Positions 16,836-24,000 of a DNA stretch of 24,000 nt are shown one piece after another (positions within the stretch are counted from its first letter, which is position 1; the number at the start of each line of letters is the position of its first letter). The notes under the pieces are model-generated. The model was not told the DNA's origin. It ran no database searches and was given only the letters and a program-made list of their open reading frames with translations. The DNA is from Halostella litorea (GTDB lineage Archaea > Halobacteriota > Halobacteria > Halobacteriales > Natronoarchaeaceae). The stretch is from assembly GCF_004785955.1 (NCBI RefSeq), contig NZ_ML214300.1:151223-175222 (forward strand), in the 5' to 3' direction. Both the position numbers and the translations under genes were made by a program.

Positions 16836-19042
16836 AACGCCAGCCGCTCGACCGTTCTGCGGAGGACGCCCGGGCCCCCCGAGCCGCTCGGCTTGACCTG
16901 TATCGCCGTGCAGTCGACGGTGTCGACGATCCAGTCGGCCGGCCGGCCGAAGACGTTCCCGCGGATGCGGCCGCCGTCGGTGCCGATGATCAGCACGTCC
17001 GACGAGCCGGCGGCCGCGACGAAGTCGCCCTCGGGGTCGTCGGTCTGGATCACCGACCGGACGACCGGGGCCGTACACAGCGCCTCCAGTTCGGAGAGGT
17101 AGTCGTCTATCGTCTCGCGTTGCGCGTCGGTCGCGGTCGGCTCGACGGAGTAGAGGAGCTCGATCGACGCGCCGGCCTCGGTCGCCAGCGCGTCGGCCAC
17201 GGCGATCTTCCGCGGGTCGAACGGGCCGCGGTCCGTGACGACGGTGACGCGGTCGAGCCGGTCGAGTTCCCGCTCCTCGATCAGCAGGAGGTCACAGGGC
17301 GCGTTCCGTGCGACCCACTCGATGCCGGTGCCGAAGACCGAGGCGTACAGGGGTTCGGCGGTGCGTTCGAGCACGAGGAAGTCCGCGCCCTCGTGTTTCG
17401 CGAAGTTGACGACGGCGCGTTTGGTGTCGTGGCTGACGACCTCGCCGTAGCGGACGGGGACGTCGAACTCCGCACAGAGGTCGGCCGTCCGGTCCTCGAA
17501 CTCCACGTCCGCCGGGGACTGGATCTCGGAGGCGTGTTCCAGCGGTGCCTGGTCGGGCACCTCGTCGAACTGCACGACGGTGACGCTCCCGTCGTTCTCG
17601 CGCGCGATGTCGGCCGCGATGCGGAGCAGCGCCCGCTCCCGGCGTTCGGTCGTGTCCCCGGTGACGGCGACGAGCGCCTCGTAGCCCTCAACCTCCTCGA
17701 ACGCCGTGCGGGTACGCTCGACGGCCTGCTTGCCGACCGACCGGCGGACGACGTCGGTGGCGGCTCCCTCGCGTTCGACCTCCTCGCGGGCGAAGTACAC
17801 GTACCAGAGCACGGAGCCGACGGTGATCACGACGGCCCCGACGAGGGGTATCGTCCCCATGTAGCCGATGAGGGCGACGCCGCCGAGGATGCCCGCGACC
17901 TGCGTCCACGGGTAGAACGGCGACTCGAAGCTCGGGTCGTAGTCGCCGACGTTCCCCTCGCGGAACGCGATCACGGCCCCGTTGACCAGCGCGAACACGA
18001 CGATCTGGAACGCGCTCGCGAGTTTGGCGATGCTGGGGAGGGGTACGAACGCGATGAGCAACAGCATCACGGCCCCGGTGAGCGTGATCGCCCGCGCCGG
18101 CGTCCCCCAGTCCTCGTGGATCTCGGTCAGGCTCTCCGGCGCTAGCTTGTCGCGGGCCATCGCGAAGGGGTAGCGCGACGACGAGAGGATCCCGGCGTTG
18201 GCGGTGCTGATCAAGGCCAGCACCGCGGCGGCGATGATGGCGACGACGCCCGGGAACGCGAGCGTCGACTCCGCGGCGTGGATCATCGGGACGTCGGAGT
18301 CGCTCAGCAGGTCCGGCGGCGTCACGCCGACCATCACGACGACGATCAGGACGTACAGCAGCGTGGTGAACGCGAGCGACCCGAGGATGCCGAGCGGGAT
18401 GTTCCGGTCGGGGTTCTCTATCTCCTCGGCGATGCTCGCGACCTTTGTCACGCCCGCGTAGGAGACGAACACGAGGCCCGTCGCCGCCAGCAGGCCGCCC
18501 GACCCCTTGTCGAAGAAGCCGTCGTAGTAGCCGCCGGTCGTCGACGGGAGCCCCCCGACGACGAACCACACCATCGCGGCGAGCATCACCGCGACGATGG
18601 CGACCTGCAGCCGGCCGGTCTGTTTCGCGCCGACGAGGTTGACGCCGACGAGGACGGCCGCAAGCGCCAGCGCGACCGGCTTCACCGGCAGGTCGAACAG
18701 GTACAGCAGGTACGGGACGCCCCCGACGAGGGCCAGCGCGCCCTTGAACGACAGCGAGAACCAGGTGCCGACGCCGGCGATCGTGCCCAGCAGCGGCCCC
18801 ATGCCGCGCTCGATGTAGATGTAGGTGCCGCCGGCCTCCGGCATGGCCGTCGCCATCTCGGCCTTGCTCAGCGCGGCCGGGAGCACCAGCACGCCGGCCA
18901 GCAGGTACGCGAAGATGACCGCCGGCCCGGCCGTCTTGAGCGCCAGCCCAGGCAGGATGAAGATCCCGCTGCCGATCATCGCGCCGATGCTGATCGCTAT
19001 CACCGCGAACAGCCCGAGGTCGCGTTCGAGTTCCTTCGCCAC
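16832..19042 (-). CDS. APC-superfamily amino acid permease fused to two C-terminal universal stress protein (Usp) domains, 736 aa
   Basis: N-terminus: [24 protein letters not shown], then [21 protein letters not shown] and multiple TM segments. The C-terminal roughly 300 aa has two Usp-like alpha/beta units (ALVAVTGD...DFLVLE and VTVVTDRG...DVLIIGT). It has a GTG start 1 nt after the upstream gene's stop. Confidence 0.9.
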   Translation of the reverse strand: MAKELERDLGLFAVIAISIGAMIGSGIFILPGLALKTAGPAVIFAYLLAGVLVLPAALSKAEMATAMPEAGGTYIYIERGMGPLLGTIAGVGTWFSLSFKGALALVGGVPYLLYLFDLPVKPVALALAAVLVGVNLVGAKQTGRLQVAIVAVMLAAMVWFVVGGLPSTTGGYYDGFFDKGSGGLLAATGLVFVSYAGVTKVASIAEEIENPDRNIPLGILGSLAFTTLLYVLIVVVMVGVTPPDLLSDSDVPMIHAAESTLAFPGVVAIIAAAVLALISTANAGILSSSRYPFAMARDKLAPESLTEIHEDWGTPARAITLTGAVMLLLIAFVPLPSIAKLASAFQIVVFALVNGAVIAFREGNVGDYDPSFESPFYPWTQVAGILGGVALIGYMGTIPLVGAVVITVGSVLWYVYFAREEVEREGAATDVVRRSVGKQAVERTRTAFEEVEGYEALVAVTGDTTERRERALLRIAADIARENDGSVTVVQFDEVPDQAPLEHASEIQSPADVEFEDRTADLCAEFDVPVRYGEVVSHDTKRAVVNFAKHEGADFLVLERTAEPLYASVFGTGIEWVARNAPCDLLLIEERELDRLDRVTVVTDRGPFDPRKIAVADALATEAGASIELLYSVEPTATDAQRETIDDYLSELEALCTAPVVRSVIQTDDPEGDFVAAAGSSDVLIIGTDGGRIRGNVFGRPADWIVDTVDCTAIQVKPSGSGGPGVLRRTVERLAF

Positions 19043-19043
19043 C

Positions 19044-19469
19044 TCACATCACCCGTCCGGCGAGTTCGTCAGCCACGACCGACGTCACACAGACCGTCTC
19101 GACGCCGATGTCGTCGAACGCGTCCCGCAGGTCGGGGTCGTCGAGTCGGACGACCACCGTGCCCGTGTCGAACCCCGTCTTGGCGATCTGGGCGAGGAGG
19201 ATGTTCCGCTCGTCGCGGCGGAACCCGGCGACGAGGACGTCGGCGGCACTGGCCCCGGCGTCTTCGAGTGCTCGAGGGTCCGTCACGTCCGCGAGGCGAG
19301 CGTCGAGCCCGCGGCGGTCGGCGTCGGCGACGACGTCGGCGTCGGGGCTGACAAGCACCGCCGTCGTCTGCCCGGCGAGCCGCTCGGCGAGGTCGACCGC
19401 GACGGCGTCGTTGCCCACGACGCAGGTCGTCGCGCCGCGTTCGACGTCGGGGCGGAGGGCCTCACCCAT
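19044..19469 (-). CDS. TrkA-N-like (Rossmann, K+-transport-regulator type) domain protein, translationally coupled to the permease gene
   Basis: It contains TCVVGNDAVAVDLAERLAGQ..AVLVSPD...DVTDPRALEDAGASAADVLVAG...DERNILLAQIAK. An alternative upstream start at 19535 would add an R/P-rich 22 aa. Confidence 0.7.
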   Translation of the reverse strand: MGEALRPDVERGATTCVVGNDAVAVDLAERLAGQTTAVLVSPDADVVADADRRGLDARLADVTDPRALEDAGASAADVLVAGFRRDERNILLAQIAKTGFDTGTVVVRLDDPDLRDAFDDIGVETVCVTSVVADELAGRVM

Positions 19470-19582
19470 GGTCCCTGTCCGGCGTCGGGTGCGTTCGGAC
19501 GGCAGCGGCCGGTGCGGACGGAGCGGGGTTCCCATCGCGCGCGGTGCGCGGTTCGTGGCTCGGTTGCATATTCCCCGTTAGC

Positions 19583-19626
19583 TCCCGGAACAGCATAAAC
19601 AGCCCGGTCGAAATGCTGTTCCGGGA
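19583..19626. promoter_or_regulatory. Perfect 14-bp inverted repeat TCCCGGAACAGCAT-N16-ATGCTGTTCCGGGA, abutting an AT-rich box (19627-19645)
   Basis: I read both arms directly (19583-19596 and 19613-19626). The repeat lies between the lrp 3' end and the start of the trkA-like/permease operon, directly next to AATAAATACTCTATATATT. Confidence 0.55.
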
Positions 19627-19646
19627 ATAAATACTCTATATATTGC

Positions 19647-19671
19647 CTAACCGTCCTCTAGGGGCGGTTAG
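19647..19671 (-). terminator. Stem-loop (10-bp stem with one G-U pair, 5-nt loop), candidate lrp terminator or structural element
   Basis: CTAACCGTCC pairs with GGGCGGTTAG. On the minus strand it is followed by AT-rich, T-containing sequence (GCAATATATAGAGTATTTATT). Confidence 0.3.
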
Positions 19672-19688
19672 TTCGGGATCGGGAAACG

Positions 19689-19706
19689 GCCGCCGTCGTC
19701 GGCGGC
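19689..19706 (-). terminator. GC-only stem-loop GCCGCCG-TCGT-CGGCGGC, 37 nt downstream of the lrp stop
   Basis: It has a perfect 7-bp stem and a 4-nt loop. On the minus strand only a weak T tract follows (CGTTTCCC). Confidence 0.3.
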
Positions 19707-19742
19707 GGAGAGACGGGTAAAAGAGGGTCGAGACGTCGGGGG

Positions 19743-20210
19743 TCACATGTCCACGTCGAACTCGTGGAACGGGTGTTCGTACTCGTTTCGGATCAGGTCC
19801 TCGTCGACTATCTCCAGGCCGAGTGCGTTCAGGTCCTGACCGATCCTGCTGAGGTCGTCGCCGTCGACGCCGATCGCCTCGACGTGGACGTTCTCGGTCC
19901 CGGTCATGATCTCCCGGACGGCGACGACGCCGGGCACCTCCAGCGCCTCGCGGACGAGCCGCTCGCGGTCCGGGATCGGCGCGGTACAGACGATGAGCGT
20001 CAGGAGCTGGTAGCCCGCCCGCTCGTAGTTGACCTCCGGCGTGTAGCCGGCGAGGATGCCCTCCTCCTCCAGGTTGCGGATGCGGTTCCTGACCGTGCTC
20101 GCGGAGACGTCCGCCGCCTCGGCGATCTCGCTGGCCGACGTCTTTCGGGCGTCGGACTGTAACGTGTGGACGATCCGCCTGTCGAGGTCGTCCATCGGAT
20201 CCTCGTCCAT
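19743..20210 (-). CDS. Lrp/AsnC family transcriptional regulator, 155 aa
   Basis: HTH_AsnC: LDRRIVHTLQSDARKTSASEIAEAADVSASTVRNRIRNLEEEGIL. This is followed by a RAM/ACT-like ligand domain (YQLLTLIVCT...VPGVVAVREIMTGTENVHVEA). Confidence 0.9.
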   Translation of the reverse strand: MDEDPMDDLDRRIVHTLQSDARKTSASEIAEAADVSASTVRNRIRNLEEEGILAGYTPEVNYERAGYQLLTLIVCTAPIPDRERLVREALEVPGVVAVREIMTGTENVHVEAIGVDGDDLSRIGQDLNALGLEIVDEDLIRNEYEHPFHEFDVDM

Positions 20211-20291
20211 ACGATGAGCCGATCAGTCCATCCGGGGTAGTTCTTTCCCACGGACCTGACGTACAAGGCACGCCGGTGCGTACCGCGACGC

Positions 20292-20645
20292 ATGGTCGAC
20301 GACACATCCCCGTCGCCGCCGAACGACTTGCCGGACGAAGTCGTCAACGTCCTCCAGGAACTCGACGGCCACGACCTCCGGGAGGCCATCGTGTACGCCC
20401 AGGAACTGCTCTATCACCGCCGCGACCCGACGATCCAGATCGAACCCCAGCCCGGCGAGGAGATAGTCAGCGTCGAGGAGCACGACGGCTACACCGCGGT
20501 CGTGAAACGCCAGCCCTGCGCGGCGGGCTGTCCGGACTGCCCGCACGGCCCGTACCTCTACCACGTGACCGAGGAGACCCACACGGACGGGAGCACCCAC
20601 TACCACTGGTCGTTCGTCGGGTCGGTGGTCGACCCCGACGAGTGA
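20292..20645 (+). CDS. Small acidic protein with a Cys/His cluster (CAAGCPDCPHGPYLYH), function unknown, 117 aa
   Basis: Complete ORF with haloarchaeal acidic composition, divergent from lrp. The CxxxCxxCxH spacing suggests a zinc-binding knuckle, followed by a His-rich strand (THTDGSTHYHW). Confidence 0.65.
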   Translation: MVDDTSPSPPNDLPDEVVNVLQELDGHDLREAIVYAQELLYHRRDPTIQIEPQPGEEIVSVEEHDGYTAVVKRQPCAAGCPDCPHGPYLYHVTEETHTDGSTHYHWSFVGSVVDPDE

Positions 20646-20702
20646 TCCCCGGCTCCGCCGCGTCGCTCCCCCGACGCGCCGGGCGGGCCGGCCGAAAAGA
20701 CG

Positions 20703-20712
20703 GTTTTTAAGA
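20703..20712 (+). promoter_or_regulatory. TATA-like box (GTTTTTAAGA) for aspS
   Basis: The AT-rich patch is centred about 29 nt upstream of the ATG at 20736. Confidence 0.45.
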
Positions 20713-20735
20713 CTCGCCCGCCAGAACTGGGTGGT

Positions 20736-22037
20736 ATGGAGAACAGGACCTACACCGCGGACGCCGAACCGGGCGACCACGTCACGGTCGCCGGCTGGGC
20801 ACACGAGATCCGCGATCTGGGCGGCATCGCCTTCCTCATCGTCCGGGACACCACCGGGAAGATCCAGGTGAAATTCGAGAAAGACGAGATGGACGACGAC
20901 CTCGTCGAGACGGGCGTGAACGTCAACCGCGAAAGCGTCGTCGCCGTCACCGGCGCGGTCGAGGAGGAGGACCGCGCGCCGACCGGCGTCGAGGTCGTCC
21001 CCGAGTCGGTCGAGGTCGTCGCCGAGGCCGACCCCGAACTGCCGCTGGACCCGTCGGGCAAGGTCGACGCCGACCTCTCGACCCGGCTGGACAACCGCAC
21101 GCTCGACCTCCGGACCGAGGAGTCGAAGGCGATCTTCGAGATCCGCGCGGAGGTGCTCCGGTCGGTCCGCGAGCAGTTCCGCGACCTGCGCTGTACCGAG
21201 ATCAACACGCCGAAGATCGTCGCCACGGGTACCGAGGGCGGCACCGAGCTGTTCCCGATCACCTACTTCGGCGAGGAGGCGTTCATGAACCAGTCGCCCC
21301 AGCTGTTCAAGCAGCTGATGGTCGGCTCCGGCCTCGAACGCGTCTTCGAGATCGGCCCGATCTTCCGTGCCGAGGAGCACAACACGCCCCGGCACCTGAA
21401 CGAGGCGACCTCGATCGACTTCGAGAGCGCGTTCTACGACCACGAGGACGCGATGGACGCCTGCGAGTCGGTCGTCCGCGCCGCCTACGAGGGCGTCGCC
21501 GAGAACTGTCAGGAGGAACTGGCGACGCTCGGCTACGACGACTTCGAGGCCCCGTCGGGCGACTTCCCGCGGCTCACCTACGAGGAGGCCATCGAGCGCA
21601 TCAACGCGACCGGCGAGCTGGACGAACAGCTCGTCTGGGGCGACGACCTGCCGACCGAGGGCGAGCACGCGCTCGGGCAGGAGGTCGGCGAGCACTACTT
21701 CATCACCGACTGGCCCAGCGAGATCAAGCCGTTCTACATCAAGGACCACGACGACGACCCCGAGCTGTCGACCGGCTTCGACCTGATGCATCCGTCGATG
21801 GAGCTCGTCTCGGGCGGCCAGCGTGAGCACCGCTACGACCACCTCGTCGAGGGGTTCGAACAGCAGGGGCTGGACCCCGACGCGTTCGAGTACTACACCA
21901 AGATGTTCAAGTACGGCATGCCGCCCCACGCCGGCTGGGGCCTCGGCGGTGAGCGCCTCATCATGACGATGCTCGGCCTCGACAACATCCGGGAAGCGGT
22001 GCTGTTCCCGCGCGACCGGCAGCGTCTGTCGCCGTAA
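20736..22037 (+). CDS. aspS: Aspartyl-tRNA synthetase, archaeal type (probably non-discriminating), 433 aa
   Basis: It has an N-terminal OB fold ([23 protein letters not shown]), class II motif 2 ([14 protein letters not shown]), GGQREHR, and motif 3 ([15 protein letters not shown]). Confidence 0.95.
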   Translation: MENRTYTADAEPGDHVTVAGWAHEIRDLGGIAFLIVRDTTGKIQVKFEKDEMDDDLVETGVNVNRESVVAVTGAVEEEDRAPTGVEVVPESVEVVAEADPELPLDPSGKVDADLSTRLDNRTLDLRTEESKAIFEIRAEVLRSVREQFRDLRCTEINTPKIVATGTEGGTELFPITYFGEEAFMNQSPQLFKQLMVGSGLERVFEIGPIFRAEEHNTPRHLNEATSIDFESAFYDHEDAMDACESVVRAAYEGVAENCQEELATLGYDDFEAPSGDFPRLTYEEAIERINATGELDEQLVWGDDLPTEGEHALGQEVGEHYFITDWPSEIKPFYIKDHDDDPELSTGFDLMHPSMELVSGGQREHRYDHLVEGFEQQGLDPDAFEYYTKMFKYGMPPHAGWGLGGERLIMTMLGLDNIREAVLFPRDRQRLSP

Positions 22038-22111
22038 ACGACGCAACTCGTCGGGCGGGAACTCGTCACGCGCGACGTGAGACGCTCCCGCACCCGACGT
22101 TTTCCGGCCGT

Positions 22112-22684
22112 TCACCGCCCCGACAGCGGCGGCTCGATCCGACCGGTCGTCTCCACGGTTCCGAGCACCATCTCGCCGTAGGCCGCGGCGGAGCGCTCGC
22201 CCGCCTCGTAGGCCGCCGCCCAGTCGGCGAAGGCGTGGAAGCCGCCGAACGCGGTTTCGTCCTCGTCCAACAGCGTGGCCGCAAGCTCCGGCTGCGGGTC
22301 GCCGCCCGCGACGAACGCGGCGTACGCGCCGGCGACAACGCCGATCCCTTCGAGGACCCCGCCCGGATCCGCGACGTACTCCAGCGCGAGCACCGCGTCG
22401 GTCTCCGGTTCGAGGTAGACGGGCGGGACACCGCGCTCGTCGAGGGCCGCCGCGAAGGCCTCCGCCGAATCCACGTCGGCCCGCGCGGCGTCCTCGATGG
22501 CGGCGGCGATCACCTCCGTGCGCTCCTCGACCGGCAGGTCCGGGACCCGGTCGGCCACAGGCGTCTGGTTCTTCGCGACTGTCGCCGTCTCCGCGCGGGC
22601 GTCGTCGCGCTTCGCACAGCCGGCGACACCGACCGCGAGCGCCCCCGCGGCCGCGGCTCGTCGGAGGTACGTTCGTCGGCGCAT
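22112..22684 (-). CDS. Tat-secreted lipoprotein of unknown function, 190 aa
   Basis: It has MRRRTYL and the lipobox GVAGC. The mature part is Ala/Glu/Asp-rich. Confidence 0.72.
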   Translation of the reverse strand: MRRRTYLRRAAAAGALAVGVAGCAKRDDARAETATVAKNQTPVADRVPDLPVEERTEVIAAAIEDAARADVDSAEAFAAALDERGVPPVYLEPETDAVLALEYVADPGGVLEGIGVVAGAYAAFVAGGDPQPELAATLLDEDETAFGGFHAFADWAAAYEAGERSAAAYGEMVLGTVETTGRIEPPLSGR

Positions 22685-22797
22685 CGGGACGGGGGACCTA
22701 CCACGACGGCGCTGAAAAGCGCCCGTTCGCCGCGACTGTCAGGTACGTTCGCTGCCACTCACCCTTTTTCGGGGTGCCGTGGTACGTCGCACGCTCC

Positions 22798-24000
22798 ATG
22801 GCGCTGACGCTGTACAACCTCGGCCTCGTCGTCGTCGGCCTGTCGGTGATCGGCGTCGCCCTCCTCCCACGGGCCGTCTCCGAGCGGCCGGTCTCCATGC
22901 CGATCTTCTACGTCGGCGCGGGGATGGTGGCGTTCTCCCTGCCGCTGCCGCTGCCACCACCGGACCCGGTGGTCCACGGCACGCTCGCCGAGCACCTCAC
23001 GGGGATGGGCGTCATCCTCGCGCTGATGAGCGCGGGGCTGAAGCTGGACCGCCTGCCCGGGCTCCGTCGGTGGGCGACGACGTGGCGGCTGCTCGCGGTG
23101 ACGATGCCGCTTTCCATCGCCGGCGCGGCCGCGCTCGGCCACTGGACCCTGGGCCTGGCCGCGCCGTCGGCGCTGTTGCTGGGGGCCGTCATCGCGCCGA
23201 CGGACCCGGTGCTGGCGGCCGAGGTGCAGGTGGAGAAGCCCGGCGAGGGGACCGAGGCCAAGGAGATGGAACGCGAGGAGGGCATGGAGGACGAGGTGCG
23301 GTTCGCGCTCACCTCCGAGGCCGGCCTCAATGACGGGCTGGCGTTCCCGTTCACGCACCTGGCGGTCACCGTCGCGTTCGTCGGGCTGACGCCGGCGAGC
23401 TGGGTCGGCGAGTGGCTGCTGGTGGACGTGGGCTACCGCATCCTGGTCGGCCTCGTGCTCGGCGGCGTGCTCGGCGGGGCGCTCGCGCTGGGGGTCTTCT
23501 GGTCGATGCCGGAGACGCCGATGGCGAAATCGATGCAGGGGCTGGAGGCGCTGGGCGGCACGCTCGTCGTCTACGGCCTGACGGAACTGGCCGGCGGCTA
23601 CGGCTTCATCGCGGTGTTCGTCGCGGCGACGGTGCTGCGCCAGTACGAGCGCACGCACGACTACAACGAGCCGCTCCACGACGTCGCCGAGAAGTCCGAA
23701 CAGCTGCTGATGGCGGCGATCATGATACTGTTCGGCGGCGCGCTGGCGTCCGGCCTGCTCGCGCCGATGACCGTCGAGGTGGTCGCCGTCGCCGTGGCGC
23801 TGGTGCTCGTCGTTCGGCCGCTGGCCGGGGGCGTGGGGTTGCTCGGGTTCGACCGGGACCCGGTGGAGCGCGCGACCATGGCGTTCTACGGCATCCGGGG
23901 GATCGGCTCGTTCTACTACCTGGCGTTCGCGCTGAACCACGCCCCGTTCCGCTACGCCGCCACGCTCTGGTCGGTGGTCAGCTGGACCGTCGTCGTGTCG
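22798..24000 (+). CDS. Cation:proton antiporter (CPA1, Sod2/Nha1-like Na+/H+ exchanger); 5' part, continues beyond the window
   Basis: My own translation from the ATG at 22798 stays open to 24000 (401 codons). It contains multiple hydrophobic segments and the motifs IAPTDPVLAAEV and LTSEAGLNDGLAFPF, typical of Sod2/Nha1-type exchangers. The track does not list this ORF because it has no stop within the window. Confidence 0.85.
   Translation, partial: MALTLYNLGLVVVGLSVIGVALLPRAVSERPVSMPIFYVGAGMVAFSLPLPLPPPDPVVHGTLAEHLTGMGVILALMSAGLKLDRLPGLRRWATTWRLLAVTMPLSIAGAAALGHWTLGLAAPSALLLGAVIAPTDPVLAAEVQVEKPGEGTEAKEMEREEGMEDEVRFALTSEAGLNDGLAFPFTHLAVTVAFVGLTPASWVGEWLLVDVGYRILVGLVLGGVLGGALALGVFWSMPETPMAKSMQGLEALGGTLVVYGLTELAGGYGFIAVFVAATVLRQYERTHDYNEPLHDVAEKSEQLLMAAIMILFGGALASGLLAPMTVEVVAVAVALVLVVRPLAGGVGLLGFDRDPVERATMAFYGIRGIGSFYYLAFALNHAPFRYAATLWSVVSWTVVVS

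Noticed and set aside
20223-22115. 630-aa minus-strand ORF overlapping aspS and the small Cys-cluster gene
   Set aside because: This is a GC-driven antisense ORF. The plus strand carries the class II aaRS motifs.
22708-22723. Small hairpin GGCGCT-GAAA-AGCGCC between the 22684 lipoprotein gene and the antiporter gene
   Set aside because: A 6-bp stem in a divergent promoter region, with no supporting context, could easily arise by chance at this GC content.
22759-23940. 393-aa minus-strand ORF, the only long ORF the track lists in this region
   Set aside because: Its R/H/Q/P/E-rich sequence lacks hydrophobic segments. The plus-strand frame from 22798 is open to the window end and encodes a membrane protein with CPA1 motifs (ATDPV, SEAGLNDGLAFPF), so the true gene is on the plus strand and truncated by the window.
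1-24000. Scan for CRISPR arrays, IS/transposase genes, integrases, toxin-antitoxin pairs, restriction-modification or other defence modules, and for low-GC islands
   Set aside because: None was found. GC content looks uniformly high except for short promoter-sized AT patches, and every long, protein-like ORF is accounted for by the features listed above.

Overview
The window is very GC-rich, the encoded proteins are strongly acidic, TATA-like boxes sit about 25-30 nt upstream of start codons (leaderless-type), and there is a Bat-type HTH_10 regulator and several Tat lipoproteins. Together these point to a chromosomal core region of a haloarchaeon (class Halobacteria). Most of the window is housekeeping. 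In order, it contains: a small wHTH gene; a small coiled-coil gene followed by smc and scpA (minus strand); a GNAT acetyltransferase; gatB; a receiver-like/PAS/GAF/HTH_10 (Bat-like) regulator; topA; two adjacent Tat lipoproteins of unknown function; RidA divergent from GGGP synthase; a TrkA-N-like gene coupled to an APC permease fused to two Usp domains; an Lrp/AsnC regulator; a small Cys-cluster protein; aspS; a third Tat lipoprotein; and the 5' part of a Sod2/Nha1-like cation:proton antiporter. I see no CRISPR array, IS element, integrase, canonical tRNA/rRNA or recognisable defence system. The items worth a second look are: (1) a structured tandem repeat with a tRNA 3'-end-like 25-mer at the left edge; (2) the uncharacterised acidic coiled-coil gene heading the smc-scpA operon, with an inverted repeat over its TATA box; (3) the lipoprotein pair, whose larger member has four tandem pilin-like (DUF1628-like) repeats; (4) a hairpin-dense intergenic region with a perfect 14-bp inverted repeat between lrp and the transporter operon; and (5) a small Cys-cluster protein upstream of aspS. 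All functional calls rest on motif recognition by eye, because no searches could be run.
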